Source: Mobula birostris (taxonomy: Eukaryota). From it: a DNA stretch of 64,000 nt. Of this stretch, positions 12,780-26,868 are shown in pieces. The notes beneath the pieces were generated by a model. It was not told where the DNA came from and searched no databases. It saw only the letters and a list, made by a program, of their open reading frames with translations. Every line of letters starts with the position of its first letter. Within the stretch, counting starts at the first letter, position 1. The position numbers and the translations under genes were made by a program. Location: positions 25,083,223-25,147,222 of the forward strand of contig NC_092391.1 in the NCBI RefSeq assembly GCF_030028105.1, in the 5' to 3' direction.

Positions 12780-14225
12780 CATGCCTCCTGCTTTTGTTAT
12801 TCAAATGTCTATCAATCTCTACCTCAACATGCACAATGATTCCACCTCCACAGCTCTCTAGACAATCCCCCCGGAGTCAAGCCCCTCAGAAGAAATTCCA
12901 TTTTAATCTCCATCTTGAATTGACAATCAACCCCTTATTCCAAAACTGTTCTCCACATTCTAGATAATTACAATGGAGGAAACATCCTTCATATCCATCC
13001 ATCAAACCTTCAAGTACATGCTTAAATCAGATTCTCATTCTTCTAAGTTTCTGTGCATCAGCCCAATATCTCTTCATATGCCACCACCCTCATCCCAGGA
13101 TTCAACCAAACAAATCTTCATTGTACTGTCTCCAATACAAATGTATCCTTCGCTAAATATGAAACTGAAAACTATAAGCATAACTCCAGGTGCTGTATCA
13201 CCAGCACTTAGAAAATCTGTAAACTTCGCAAGTTTGTAAACAATCATTGCATTGCCACTTTCAATAAAGGCTAAGATTAAATAACCATTGTTCATTACTT
13301 GTACCTGTGTGTAAACCTTTGTAATTCATGCACTGGCCATACACATTTTCCCTCATTATATGCCACCTGCAAGCTTCTTACCCATTCACTTACCTAGATC
13401 ACTTTTCACGCTCCTTGTGTGTCCCTCATAACTGTCTTTGTATCATCAGCTATAATACACTCGACCCCTTCATCGAACTCTTTAAAAAGATCATAAATAG
13501 TTGACCACTGATCCCCGTGATATTTGTTACTGACTACTAATCCTAACACGACTCATTATTGCCCCCCCACCTGTTTGATAATCAGTTCCTTAACCATAAG
13601 GGCATACTACCACAATCCCACATTCTCTTCTACTGTGTAGTAACTTCCATGCGGCATCTTGTCAACTGCCTAAATGAAATCTAAATGCATTAAATCTGCT
13701 GGTTCCCCCTTTACTCTTTCCTCAAAATCATCCAGCAAATTCGTCAAACACAATTGCTCTTTCACAAAATTATGTTGAATTTGCTTCATTATCTTCTGAT
13801 TTTCCTTTTATTACCAACTTAACAATGGATTCCAGCATTTCCCCCTTAATGTTATATGGCCTTTATTTTTTTCTTTTCTCCCTCCTTTCTTGAATAGTGA
13901 CATTATACTTTCAGCTTTCCAATTCATTGAACGTGAGCGTGGACCTTTGGCAGATTAAAATAAATATTGCAGCATCTCTGTAACTACAAGACCAAAGGAT
14001 GCGTGCATTCAGGACCAGGGGATTTGTCAATCACATTTGCTTACTACTTTTTTTGTCTGACTCCCTCCAGAGCTTCAATTATTCATTAATATTGGGGTGT
14101 TTTAAAATTGATTTCTGTTGTGAAATCTGATCCATTTAGAATCTCTGCCATTTCTCTATTTTCTATTAATTCCTCAGTGTTGTCCTCCAAGAGACCCATT
14201 TATTATTTAGCTACCATCTTCCTTT
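12780..14225 (-). mobile_element. Old CR1 LINE remnant
   Basis: Degenerate CR1 RT and 3' segments. Confidence 0.55.
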
Positions 14226-14239
14226 TTAAATAACATTGT

Positions 14240-15235
14240 ATTCATAGCCATACTTTATTGATCCCGGGGGAAATTGGTTTTCGTTACAGTTGCATCATAA
14301 ATAATAAATAGCAATAGAACCATAAATAGTTAAATAGTAATATGTAAATTATGCCAGTAAATTATGAAATAAGTCCAGGACCAGCCTATTGGCGCAGGGT
14401 GTCTGACCCTCCAAGGGAGGAGTTGTAAAGTTTAATGGCCACAGGCAGGAATGACTTCCTATGACACTCTGTGCTGCATCTCGGAGGAATGAGTCTCTGG
14501 CTGAATGTACTCCTGTGCCCACCCAGTACAATATGTAGTGGATGGGAGACATTGACCAAGATGGCATGCAACTTAGACAGCATCCTCTTTTCAGACACCA
14601 CCATGAGAGAGTCCAGTTCCATCCCCACAACATCACTGGCCTTACGAATGAGTTTCTTGATTCTGTTGGTGTCTGCTACCCTCAGCCTGCTGCCCCAGCA
14701 CACAACAGCAAACATGATAGCACTGGCCACCACAGACTCGTAGAACATCCTCAGCATCATCTGGCAGATGTTAAAGGACCTCAGTCTCCTCAGGAAATAG
14801 AGACGGCTCTGACCCTTCTTGTATACAGCCTCAGTGTTCTTAGACCAGTCCAGTTTATTGTCAATTCGTATTCCCAAGTATTTGTAATCCTCCACCATGT
14901 CCACACTTACCCCCTGGATGGAAACAGGGGTCACCAGTCCCCTAGCTCTCCTCAGGTCCACCACCAGCTCCTTAGTCTTTTTCACATCAAGCTGCAGATA
15001 ATTCTGCTTACACCATGTGACAAAGTTTCCTACCATAGCCCTGTACTCAACCTCATCTCCCTTGCTGATGCATCCAACTATGGCAGAGTCATCCCAAAAC
15101 TTCTGAAGATGACAAGACTCTGTGCAGTAGTTGAAGTCTGAGGTGTAAATGGTGAAGAGAAAGGGAGCCCCAGTGCTGCTGATCACTCTGTCGGACACAC
15201 AGTGTTGCAAGCACACGTACTGTGGTCTGCCATTC
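14240..15235 (-). mobile_element. Rex1/Babar LINE 3' part
   Basis: ORF 14386-15276: PFLFTIYTSDF, LQKF(W)DD, YKYLGIRIDNKLDW, RLYFLRRLRSF. Confidence 0.88.
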
Positions 15236-15719
15236 TGTTTAACACAGCGTTGAAGCTGTCCATTCCCAGGTTTCATAATAAAAAGATATGATGTGACATT
15301 TTTATCTGGAAATGCAAACTGTGTTATTTAGTTCACAAAACATTTGATCTCATTTGCCATTTTGTTCCATCTAGCATCCTCTAGTGGGAGTAATGATGTA
15401 CTACAAGAACTGCAAATTGAATCACAGTATGGTATTATGCCATATTTAAACTTTGTGTCTTCAAGCTCTCTAAATCAAGTAACTAATGTTTCTATAACAT
15501 TAATAAAATAATATTAATATATTGAAATAATTACTGCCAATGCTTTGCGGAATTTTCAATATGCAAAATATACTAAATACCACAAGACTGTTTTTTGAAA
15601 TAAAAGACTGTGGAAGAGACTAATCACTCTAATAACTAAGAAGGTTATAAAACAAGACTGCTGACCATGTCACTATGATTTTCAATATATGCTAAAACTT
15701 CCATATATGTGTGGTGGAC

Positions 15720-16400
15720 AGTATATTGACTGGTTGAATCATAGTCTGGTATGGAAACACTAATGAATGCCCTTGTATGAAAAATGCCCTCCCCACCATA
15801 GAACAGTGCCACAGGAAAGCAGCATCCATCAAGCACCCCGACCATCCAAGCCCCGCTCCCTTCAGTGTTAGAAGTAAATTTATTATCAGAGTACATATAC
15901 AACCCTGAGATTCATTTTCTTGTGGCAATCACAGGATGGACAACAACATACCTGCAAAAAAAACAAAAACAACAAACTGTACAGATACAAAAGAAAAAAA
16001 AGGTGTGCTCAATGGTGGGAGGGCTTTACCCATGCTAGACTGGGCCATATCCACTACTTTTTGTAGGCTTTTGCAAGGGCACTGATGTTCCCATACCATG
16101 CCATGGTGTAACCAGTTAATGTACTCTCCACCAGACATCTTTCACTGTTGCTATCATGGAGAACGTACAGGAGCCTCAGGACCCGCACCATCAGGTTCAG
16201 GAACAGTCATTGCCCCTCAACCATCAGGCATTTGAGCTTTTTTTATTTGTACATTGGCTGTTGTCCACCCTGTTGGGTGTGGTCTTTCATTGATTCTATT
16301 GTGTTATTAGCATTTACTGTGATTGCCTACAAGAAAATGAATCTCAGGGTTTGTATATGGTGACATACATGTATTTTGACACAAAATTTATTTTGAATTA
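15720..16400. mobile_element. Cluster of Rex/Babar 3' fragments in both orientations
   Basis: SLQKVVDMAQSSMGKALPP (minus) and SWRTYRSLRTRTIRFRNS (plus) remnants. Confidence 0.6.
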
Positions 16401-17432
16401 TGCTTCATTACATTAGCTTTATATAAGTACAAGGATGTACTGCGCAAAAGACAAGGCTCTCAGCCACAATAAAAAAAAGGGAAAATTGGATATTAAATTC
16501 AAGAGTCACAGGACAGGTAAAATAAAAATCCAGAAGCTGTTTTCAGTGATTATCTGCTCTTCCAAAAAGGTCACAGCTACACAGATTCATCAGTACATTT
16601 AATTAATTAATTAATCAATCAATTAATTCAAGATAATTTCAACTGTTTGTTATTTTGACTATTTAAAAATTCCCCAATAATAAAACAGCTCAAAAATGAG
16701 ACACAACTGAGGTTTTGAAAGTTTACACAGCCTTAATTCAAGTTGAAAAACATTTTAATTTAATAACACTCAGCTAATTATCTCTAAATCCTGTTCTTTA
16801 TTTTTTAAATAATTGCCCATAATTTTTCCAATTTGCTTATCGTTTTTTCTCTAAATTGTTAATACACCAACACACATGGTAGGAGATTAATTTTTTTAAC
16901 TTTTTAATTTCCTGATTGAAGTCATCGATGGGAGTAAGACTAACAACAGGAAAAGGAAATTCTCAGATTACTACATCCTAGTGGGCAAGTTTCCACAAAG
17001 TCAGCAACAAGTGCCATCATCTCATGGTTAACCACAAAATCTGAGCTTATACGTATTGAGCAACATCAAGGAATAAATTATACACATTTCTATTTTTAAG
17101 CAACATTTTTATTTAATTTAAATTCACTTCAAGAAAGTGCTCATTCACAATCACTTTTTCTGAAACTGGGATACATTTTGATTTAGGAGCATATCTGTAA
17201 AAAACGACAACAGATACCTCTTAATGAATGCAATTAAATCAACAGATTGGGATTTCAGGACTTGGGAAGAGGTTATTATTGGTGACATTAGCTGGGTCTT
17301 TCATGGTGCCATAGATTCCTGAGAGTAGCAACATTTCATGCCAAGAAAATCTCCAAGGAAGATAAGATTGAAGTTACAGTTGTCACATGCAGAGTATAAT
17401 ACTGGTTTAGACCACTTGGTTCTACATCCATG

Positions 17433-17592
17433 CATAGTCATAGTCATACTTTATTGATCCCGGGGGAAATTGGTTTTCGTTACAGTTGCACCATAAATAA
17501 CAAATAGTAATAGAACCATAAATAGTTAAATAGTAACATGTAAATTATGCCAGTAAATTATGAAATAAGTCCAGGACCAGCCTATCGGCTCA
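17433..17592 (-). mobile_element. Short 3'-end copy of the 14240-15235 LINE family
   Basis: Near-identical to about 14243-14395 (catactttattgatcccgggggaaattgg...ccaggaccagcctat); (CATAGT)n tail. Confidence 0.85.
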
Positions 17593-18875
17593 ATCTAGTA
17601 CTTTCAACAATTTGCACATCCATCCTTTACCCTTCATGACTCTGTACACATATAATAAGAAAACATAATAGATAGCCTTGCAGCCACTCAAACCTGTTCC
17701 ATCATTGGTATGATCTGATCTTTGCCCTCAATACTATTCTACCAAATTGTGACACCCTTTGTCATTATAGACCAAAAATCTACCTAACAAAGTCCCAAAT
17801 ATACAAGTGTCTGGAGAAGATAATTCCAAAGATTTAGAAATATTTCAGAGAAGAATTTCCTCTTCATCTCAGCTTCAAAAGGGGGCCCCAAATTCTGGGT
17901 TGTGCACAGTAAAACAATCCTTATAGTATCTCAGAATATTGTTCCACTTTCTAAACCATAAATTACTCAAAAATATACGTTTATACCTTTTCCAATGCCT
18001 CATTACAATTTATCCTGTTACATTTGCACCAAACCACTAGCTCCACCTCATTACAAGTACTTTTGGAAAATTTTACACTAATTGCACACAATGCTTCAGA
18101 TGTAAAACCTCCACATAATTCAAAATTTAATAGAAAACAGACGTTAAGTCAAAATTTACTTAGCAAATTAAAAAATAATGATTACATGAACCTTCAACCT
18201 AAAAGATCTAGAGCACAGAACATAATTTTAGCTTCTGATTAATTTGCATTACCGGCCAAAATCCAATAATTATAGAATATACTTTGATCAACAATGGAAA
18301 TCAAACTAAATTCAATAATGGTCAATGTGAGCAAATGATTTCATTAACAGTACTACTACCAGACAATTAACCATCACAAGCCTCAATAAGCAATAAAGTG
18401 ACTAGGGATTGATGCATTTTAAATAAAGTTCACACCTGGGATTTGCACAGCACCTGAGACTTCAATTCCTACCTTACTTTATCGCAGGCCTCAGGAGTTC
18501 ACAGGCAAACTTCATAATTTCCAGCCCTGCGTAAAATTTTTATAATAATGTAGATTGTTTCACTGAGCAATTCTGCACAAACACTGAGTTATGACTGTGA
18601 AGTATTATTTACGTATTTCTGTCTTTCAGCTTACGATTCCTTGCTATTAAAGTATTTCAGAATAGGGGAATTGTCCCCAGCACTCAGGCCACATATACCC
18701 AAACCAATAAATCTGAAATTATGAACACATTTCTACTTGCATGAACTTGACGACCTGTTAAATAATAGTGTATCCACTTCAAAAATTACATCATTGTCTG
18801 CAATGGATTTGGGACATCATAAGGTTCTGTATATACGTAAACCTTTTGTCATTCTACATTTCAACACCTGAGATT

Positions 18876-19606
18876 CACAACACACTGGAGGAACCCAGCA
18901 GGTTGGGCAGCATCTGTGGAAAAGATCAGTCAACATTTCGGGCCGGAATCCTTCGTCAGGACTGAAGAGGGAAGGGGCAGAGGCCCTATAAAGAAGGTGG
19001 GGGGAGTGTGGGAAGGAGAAGGCTGGTAGGTTCCAGGTGAAAAACCAGTAAGGGGAAAGATAAAGGGGTGGGGGAGGGGAAGCAGGGAGGTGATAGGCAG
19101 GAAAGGTGAAGGAGGAATAGGGGAAAACACAATGGGTAGTAGGAGGCGGCGGAACCATCTAGGTAGTCTCCAGCCCCTTGGTATGATCATAGAATTCTCC
19201 AACTTCCGGTAATTCCTTCCCCCTCCCTTCCTCTATCCTTATGTCACTCTGCCCCCTCCTCCAACTGCCTATCACCTCCCTCATGGTTCTGCATCCTTCT
19301 ACTACCCATTGTGCTTTCCCCTATTCCTTCTTCACCTTTCCTGCCTATCACCTCCCTGCTTCCCCTCCCCCACCCCTTTATCTTTCCCCTTACTGGTTTT
19401 TCACCTGGAACCTACCAGCCTTCTCCTTCCCACCCTCCTCACACCTTCTTTATAGGGCCTCTGCCCCTTCCCTCTACAGTTCTGACGAAGGGTTCTGGCC
19501 CAAAACGTCGACTCATCGTTTCCACGGATGCTGCCCGACCTCCTGAGTTCCTCCAGCGTGTTGTGAGTGTTGCTTTGACCCCAGCATCTGCAGATTATTT
19601 TGTGAT
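18876..19606. mobile_element. Penelope-like element, inverted-repeat form with two hammerhead-like motifs
   Basis: ~280 bp inverted arms; 13 bp TSD AACACCTGAGATT at 18863-18875 and 19607-19619. Confidence 0.85.
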
Positions 19607-19702
19607 AACACCTGAGATTTGGAGGTCAATTGTCCAGCTTCACTTCCCCTCCTTATAAAGGATAGAGATGCAAACTTCAGAAATCAAAGCCTAAATTCAT
19701 AC

Positions 19703-19860
19703 CAGCAATCAACGAAGGCTCAGTTGGGTGGAATGCTAGACACATGACAGCACTGGAAACATAAATCACAACGTCTGGTCGATTTGGGTTTAATCCTCTA
19801 CGATCCAGATTCCAGGTACACACATAAGATTTCTCTGTGCTCCAGTCACCATCCTGCAAC
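19703..19860 (-). CDS. DYNC2I2: WDR34 coding exon 3
   Basis: [52 protein letters not shown]; CAG acceptor, GTATGA donor; 158 nt. Confidence 0.95.
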
Positions 19861-20559
19861 CTGTAATTAAGTTTAATATCCATTAACTATTATTCTGGGC
19901 AGCTCAAAAAGAACTTTAACACCAGAAGTAGAATGCAAACTTACAGGTTCAAATATTCATCATATTTGATGGAACAATACAAAGGCAATTGGTGACCCAG
20001 TCACAAATTAGAAAGTATATCAAATGAACTGCACAAAAAAAATGAAGTATTGCATATCTAATAGCGGTGTCCTCCAGTCCCTCTTATTCTGCTTTATGAT
20101 TTGGATCGGTAGAGTACCAAGCAGATATGTTGAAGTCACTTGTGACAACACAGAAATCAGCAGTAACATGGAAATGGATTGTTCTCATGATCCATAATGT
20201 TCACTTGGATTAATCATCCGGGAACTTCGGAACAATGTACAAAGAAGAATACTCTAAGCAATGTATTTGTTTAGTATCAGCTTGATCTACAATACTGAGT
20301 GAGAAAGCAAGCTGAGATGGGACTTTGTTCGATTCGTAACAGGTATTATTCTGACAAACAACATGATACAACACATGAAATGAGATGACTGATGAAAAGT
20401 AGCATTTTTCCCCAATTACAGCAGCTATTCAATTATTTTTGAAGTATTTGTTACTTCTTGCTATTTAAATTTGAAACAATTGCTACAAAGATAAAAATAT
20501 CCTACTTCTTTATAACTGTTATTGCTTGTTAATATACAAATTAAGTTGAAATAAAACAA

Positions 20560-20910
20560 GCTTGCTTGCATACAGCAATTTTTCTAAGAAATGTTCAGGA
20601 TTTCCACGTGCTGTTCAGGCATCTAATTACTCTTAAAGCACAATCACAGTTGTAATGAAGGTGAACAATTTGGCCAAAACTAAAGAAAAACGATCTAGTA
20701 TTTTAATGATGTTAGTTGAAGCAAGCAGGACAATGAACTTGTTTCTTCACACCTAGTTAAAAGGCAGTTTAATACATCTCATTTGAAAGACAACACCTCT
20801 GATAATAATGCATTATGTCAGAATACAGTCAGGCGTCAACATTGATTTCGTTCTCAGATATTTCTAGAAGACTTGAACCCAACTAAAGAGCAAATCCATT
20901 GAGACTGAAT
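20560..20910 (-). mobile_element. Ancient DeuSINE (SacSINE/AmnSINE-like) remnant
   Basis: catctcatttgaaagacaacacctctgata...gacttgaaccca matches the remembered family consensus. Confidence 0.55.
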
Positions 20911-22129
20911 CATAACACAGTGATAAAGGCACTTAATGCAATGACTAATGTCTTCAATACCACTGAAATAAACGTGGAATAAACAACATCTTTACCAACT
21001 CCTGGGAATCCTTAGCCCATGACTATTCAGAGACAAGACTTTTGAATATTACTAGCGTCAGGTCCACACATTAGGAGTGCACGGATACCCAGCATAAGCT
21101 GCAGAAGCAGCACAACAACTTGTAAGCTACCCACCCATCTATCCCATAGAAGCACCACCTGTCCCAAGTGTGATAGAGTCTGCAGATGCTACATTGGCCT
21201 CATCAGTTATCCCACAGAACCAGAGTGGAAGCAAGTCATATTCAATCCCAAGGGGCCACCTAAGAAGAAGCAGTAAGTATTTATGAGTACAATAACAGCG
21301 CAAGGAACAATTTAGACAGGCAGATACGTTCTCCATATCGCACTACTTAAGTATCACTTCTTCAACCAACACCAAAAATAAATTGTTTTTTTAATCTCCT
21401 TTCCACTTTTGAGAAGCAAACTCACTGCTCCTTTTCCAGAAAAAAAACAATACTTCAAAAGGAATTTACTGTTTGTGAACCATTCCAGAACAATGAGAGT
21501 GTGATAAAGATACAATCAATAATTGTAGTTTATGCAAAACCAAATCTATTTTGCTCGCGGATTACCATTTCAAACTAAATGTTAAACATTTGGAGATTAG
21601 TTTTCAACTCATGACTTGAAACATCAAAAATACCTTTGCCTCCATAGGTGCTATTTAACCCAGAGTTTCTCCATCAGTTTGGGTTTTTTTTTGCTCCAGG
21701 CATCTGCAGTCTCTTAGGCCTCGATTTTACAACTCAACTGAACTCTCTTCAAGGTATGTCCACTTTGAAGTTTTGGCCTCTTCAACAGGAGATCTGCAAG
21801 TTCTCAATTGTTTATACTGCTCTCCTCCCCTTTGACAACATCCTTACCAAGGTTCACCACCTCCAGCCATGTGTCCTTTCTTGCTACTTGTCATCATTGC
21901 CATCTTGTGCCACGTGGCTTCCAACTCTGTTTTCAGGTCTCCCTGTTTGGTCCCAGCCTGGATTTCAGTCATGTACATTCAACTCACCACTTCTCTCAAG
22001 GTTTTTCCCCTCAGTACCCCATGCTCCACCATCTCCACTGTGTGTATACCTTATGTCATTTTTTAAAGTCTTCCCTTCCCTGCCAAACCCTTCATTTTCT
22101 ATATGTACTATTATCTGCTATTCTTTTAT

Positions 22130-22830
22130 CATGGATTCCAAGCATCTTAGTCTTCTGGATGAGCCTCTCATGAGGGACTTTGCCAAACACTTACTAAAAT
22201 CCATGTAGACAACATCCACAGCTCTACCTTCTTCAATCATGCTCATCATCTTGTCATAAAACGCAATCAAGTTAACTACGTCACGACATACTCTACACAA
22301 AGCCATGCTGGCTCTCCCTAATTAGGCCATGGTTTTCCAAATGCTGATAAATCCTATCCCTAAGATTTCTCTGCGGTAACTTCCTTACCACTGACATCAG
22401 ACTCACTGGTCTATATGCTTTCCTGGATTATCCCTGGTTTCCTTCCTGAATAATAGAATAATTAGCTACTTACCAGTCCTCTGGAACTCACCTGTGGCTA
22501 GAGAGGACACAAAGTTATTGGTCACCCAACAATCTCCTTTCTTACCTCTCTCAATTCCATCAGGGAACACATCCATCCTAATGCTATTTAAGAATCCCAA
22601 CACTACTTCCTCCTTTATCTCCAAATGTCATAGCATTATCAATATGCTCGGCACTAATGTCCCTATCCTCCACATCCTTCTCCTTGGTAAATACTAATGC
22701 ACTCATTAAGGATCTCACCCACATCCTCCTCATCCAAACAAATGTTCCCCCCTTTATCCTTGATTGGTTATACCCTCTCCCCAGTTATCCTTGTGCTCTT
22801 GATGTATGTATAGAATGTCTTGGTAATTCA
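22130..22830 (-). mobile_element. CR1 LINE RT fragment
   Basis: NLIAFYDKMMSMIEEGRAVDVVYMDFSK. Confidence 0.8.
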
Positions 22831-24596
22831 TTGAATATTGAGATAGGTGGTCAAGTTCTCTCTTGCTAGAGATGACCATCATTTGGGAGTTTTCTAACAT
22901 CAATGCTATTTGTCACATCAGTCCATGCTTGAACTTTGCTTAGATCTTGCAGCATATAGAAACTGCTCTGTTTGCTGAGTAGCTGCAAGTTGCATTGAAC
23001 ATAATAAAACCCTCAGCGAGCATCTCCATTTATGATGGAAAAAAGACCCATCATAAATAAATAGGCTTAATGTGGATGCTCCAAGAAAATTCTTAAGGAA
23101 CTCATGCAGTGATTCCTGGGCACACTGTATTCCTTGAAACATGTGATTCTAGCCAATGGAATGTTTTCTCTTTGATTCTCAGGCACCTTGAAGCCACACT
23201 CAGTCACAAGAAAACAGAAGCCAAAATACAGCAATTGACCCTAAGCTGGCCTACTGGGCATTATCTCCTCTAGGACTGTGCCTTGGTCACTTGCAGTAAC
23301 AGACAGATGAGATCAAGGGTACACCTACTTGACTTCATTTTCACTTGTGTTGATACATTCACCTCCTGTCACAGTCCTAGTCTGACATCTTCATCCTTCA
23401 CAATAATCTATGGCGATGCTATTAAGTCATTCTTGCTGATGGAAATTAAAGTCCCCTATTTAGAATATATTATATGCACTTCTACTTTCAATGATTCTTC
23501 CAACTGTTGTTTCACATGGAGAGCTAATTTATCAATTGAGTGAGTTGTAGATGGTAATCAGAAGATCCTTGCTGTGAAACTTCATGTTCAGAGTTAGCTC
23601 AGTTTGATCCAGTAAGGCTTCCACTTGGGCTAGCTAGAACACAAAACTTCGAGTGGCATTCAAGAAACAATGGGATGACATTAATTGATTGCATCTAGAG
23701 AGATTCATTAAGTGGCCTCCGTCATTTATTAATTCTCTAGCTATAATTTATCACACTGCTATTTTGACACAAAAATATTCCTTGCAGTTTCTAGTTGATA
23801 AACATGTTTTAAAAGTATAAGTTTTTGATACCCATTAAATGTTGCTCACAGAAGAGTTCCAAGAACTTTAGGGAAATATATAAATAATAAAGTAACATTC
23901 AAATTAACTATTACAAATATCTTCACTAATTATGAAAATAATCTATTTCTTGGTAATTTGCATGTTTTTACATGAAAAGGTACACAGACTTATGTGATAG
24001 TTTCTCTCATAACTTCCTGCTGCTGTCATGAACAAATTCAGAGCTTCCCCCCCCCCATTATACTTAATGCTTCCCGTGAGCCTCAGATTAAAGGATAGAG
24101 AAATCTTGTATCCTTTAGATTTGCACAGTTCTAAATTGTAAGTGCCCTCTCTACAAATCTGATCATTATATCATTAAATGGTTGTATACCAATGGAGATG
24201 GGAAGGAAAACAAAAAGTGCTAGAATTATGAGATTCCACATGAGGAAAGAATGGGTGGCTTACATCCCTAATTCCTTGAAAAGAGGGAGTCAACAAAGGA
24301 CCCAACGGTTTCCTTAAAACTATGAGAAGTTTTAATCATTTGATAGTGGGAAAGAGAACAATTAGAGACAAGCGAATCCTCCTAACCCAAAGAATAATGA
24401 AAACAAGTAACAATGGACAGTAGCAGTTAAGACAAATACTGTACATCTATCTACGTAGGGAAAAACCAGATTCAAGATTGTTTGATGTCATTTCCAGTAC
24501 ACAAGTGTAAAGGAGAACAAAATAATTGTTACTCTGGATCCGATGCAGCACAAAAAAAACACAACATAAAGAACATTATAAATATAGTTACAATAC

Positions 24597-24706
24597 CTGC
24601 CATATGAACAAGCAATAACAGAGCCAGTAGCATTCCAGGACACACCAGTAACATGTAGCTGTCGCTCACAGGCTTCTGGATAATGCAGGGTATATAAGCA
24701 TGAAAC
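24597..24706 (-). CDS. DYNC2I2: WDR34 coding exon 2
   Basis: [36 protein letters not shown](R); TAG acceptor, GTATTG donor; 110 nt; not in the ORF track. Confidence 0.93.
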
Positions 24707-25649
24707 CTAGAACAGAAATTAAAGCATTAAACTTCCTCTTATAATCACCAAAAGGAAATTTCCAAATTTTAAGGCACCTTGCAGTACTCAGCACTAGTCA
24801 GTCAAATTATAGGATTGAACTAGTTTCATTTTGGAAAATCTCCCTTGCATTCCTTCCAAAGCCAATATACTTCACAGGAGGTTAATAAATAAAACAGAAT
24901 CCTGGCTGAGGTAGCTACAAACAAGTATTTGCAAAATAGTTATTTTGATTTTGAAAATCATTCAGATACTTTGCAGTATCCCAGCCTCTTATTGCCACAC
25001 TAGAGCTCAAATCATGGCGTGGAACTGCATCTTCTAAAACTTGATTCATAGAAATCCTATCATAGGAGCCAAAAAAACATATATTCTAAATCACTTTTAT
25101 ACCTCAGGAGCAAATTTATACAGAAGCTTTAAAATAGCAAAATTTCACAAGGGACTTCCCAGGAGCGTTATCCAACAAAGCCAAAATATTATAAATGACT
25201 CAAATATGAAAAAAAATGCTAGCTACATTCAAGAACCCAGATAGCTTCACTGAGACAAGGGACAGATTTCACCTTTCAGGGCAAGGAAAAATTACAAATC
25301 AAGAATACAGAGGGACAGTGGGGTAGATATGAAACAACAAAAATGGAAGGTGTGTGATGAATGCAAGAAGGATTAAATTACAAATTAGACAATTTTGCAA
25401 TGCAAAAGAGGGTGGTACTGGGATTTAAAGAGATTTAAATATGGCACAGAATCATTCTCAGCATTAACACTGGGACTGGTTTGATAAGAGAAACAAAGGC
25501 AGGGCAGAGCATTTCCAAGGAACTCCTCGAAAAAGACTCTGTATTTGATGCAAATGTCCTGACTGTGGACTATTACACATACTTAGCCCGGTATTGCACC
25601 ACACCGGCATGATGAAAGGTCAAGATGATCAAATGTTAACTAAACAACA

Positions 25650-26868
25650 AGGTTCTAAACCTTAACGGATAGGACCATCTGATATGAACTTAATTTCATA
25701 TTCCTCATCTGGAAAGATTAGCACACATCAGGAGAACCAAGGAATGCCATAATCATGACCATCTTCAGTAAAGCAGACAAATCAGACTGCTATAATCGTA
25801 GAGGACAATTACATTGCCTTCTAAAGGAAACACAATTGCAAGGATCATCACCAGACAGCTTCTGCCAGTGGCCACACAGCTGCTACCTGTGCTGATTCCA
25901 TTCAAGATACACTATAGACACCATTATCACTGCACAACAACTCAAAGTAGCAAACAAAGAACAGCATTTCTCAACCTGACTTCAACACTTATGAACCAAG
26001 AGATATCATGGCAAATCCTTCTCAAATCCGCCTGTCCTCAGAAATTCATCTTTAATCTGTGATTGCTGCATGATAAAATACAAGCCACGGTTCTTTGTGT
26101 TTACTACAGATCTTTTACGTGTAGACTGTGGTCAAGCAAATCTGCGTCGCTCCAAACTACTTCACCATCTTGCTCAATGCAATATGGCATCTCACTGCCT
26201 CCAACAAGTTTCCATAACTTGTGTGCTGAGTGCACAGCCATGTACGCAAACATCAGGTCTTTAAACCCAGCACAAAGCTTGAAATCTACCAAGTAGCACC
26301 ACTGTCTGCTGATATACTTTGGAAACATGGCAAGCTACACCATGCAGATCATAGCTCCGCCATGATAACCCCAATGCTATTTCCACAAATTCATCCAAGT
26401 TCATTAGGGAAAAAATAAGCCAACTAACATCAACACCTCTTCCAATCCAACATCTACAACATTCAAGGTCTAATGATCTTCAAATGGGTAGCACACATTA
26501 GCCACATGCCTGACACACAACTCCCAAAACAGGCATCCAAGCACTGTCACAAGACATTTCAGAGAGGAAAACATTTTAAAGATGTTTTCAATGACCCATC
26601 AAATAAAACGTAACATGAACTCATGGGAAACACACACAAAATGCTGGAGGATCTCAGCAGACCAGGCAGCATATATGGAAAAAAAAGTACAGTCAACGGG
26701 AAGAGTTTCAGCCCAAAGCGTTGACTATACTTTTTTCCATAGATGCTGCCTGGCCTGCTGAGGTCCTCCAGCATTTTGTGTGTGTTCTTCAGATTTCCAG
26801 CAGCTGCAGATTTTCTCTTGTTCAACTCAAGGGAATCCTTATCCCATGATCATTTAAAATAGAAAATA
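25650..26868 (+). mobile_element. Old RTE-clade LINE, interrupted by a Penelope-like hairpin and an L1; continues at about 32225-32460
   Basis: CYNRRGQLHC, CPQKFI, KPSTKLEIYQVA and PDTQLPKQ remnants typical of RTE reverse transcriptase. Confidence 0.6.
26630..26823. mobile_element. Short palindromic Penelope-like insertion
   Basis: ~65 bp inverted arms; 12 bp TSD AACTCA(T/A)GGGAA at 26618-26629 and 26824-26835. Confidence 0.8.
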
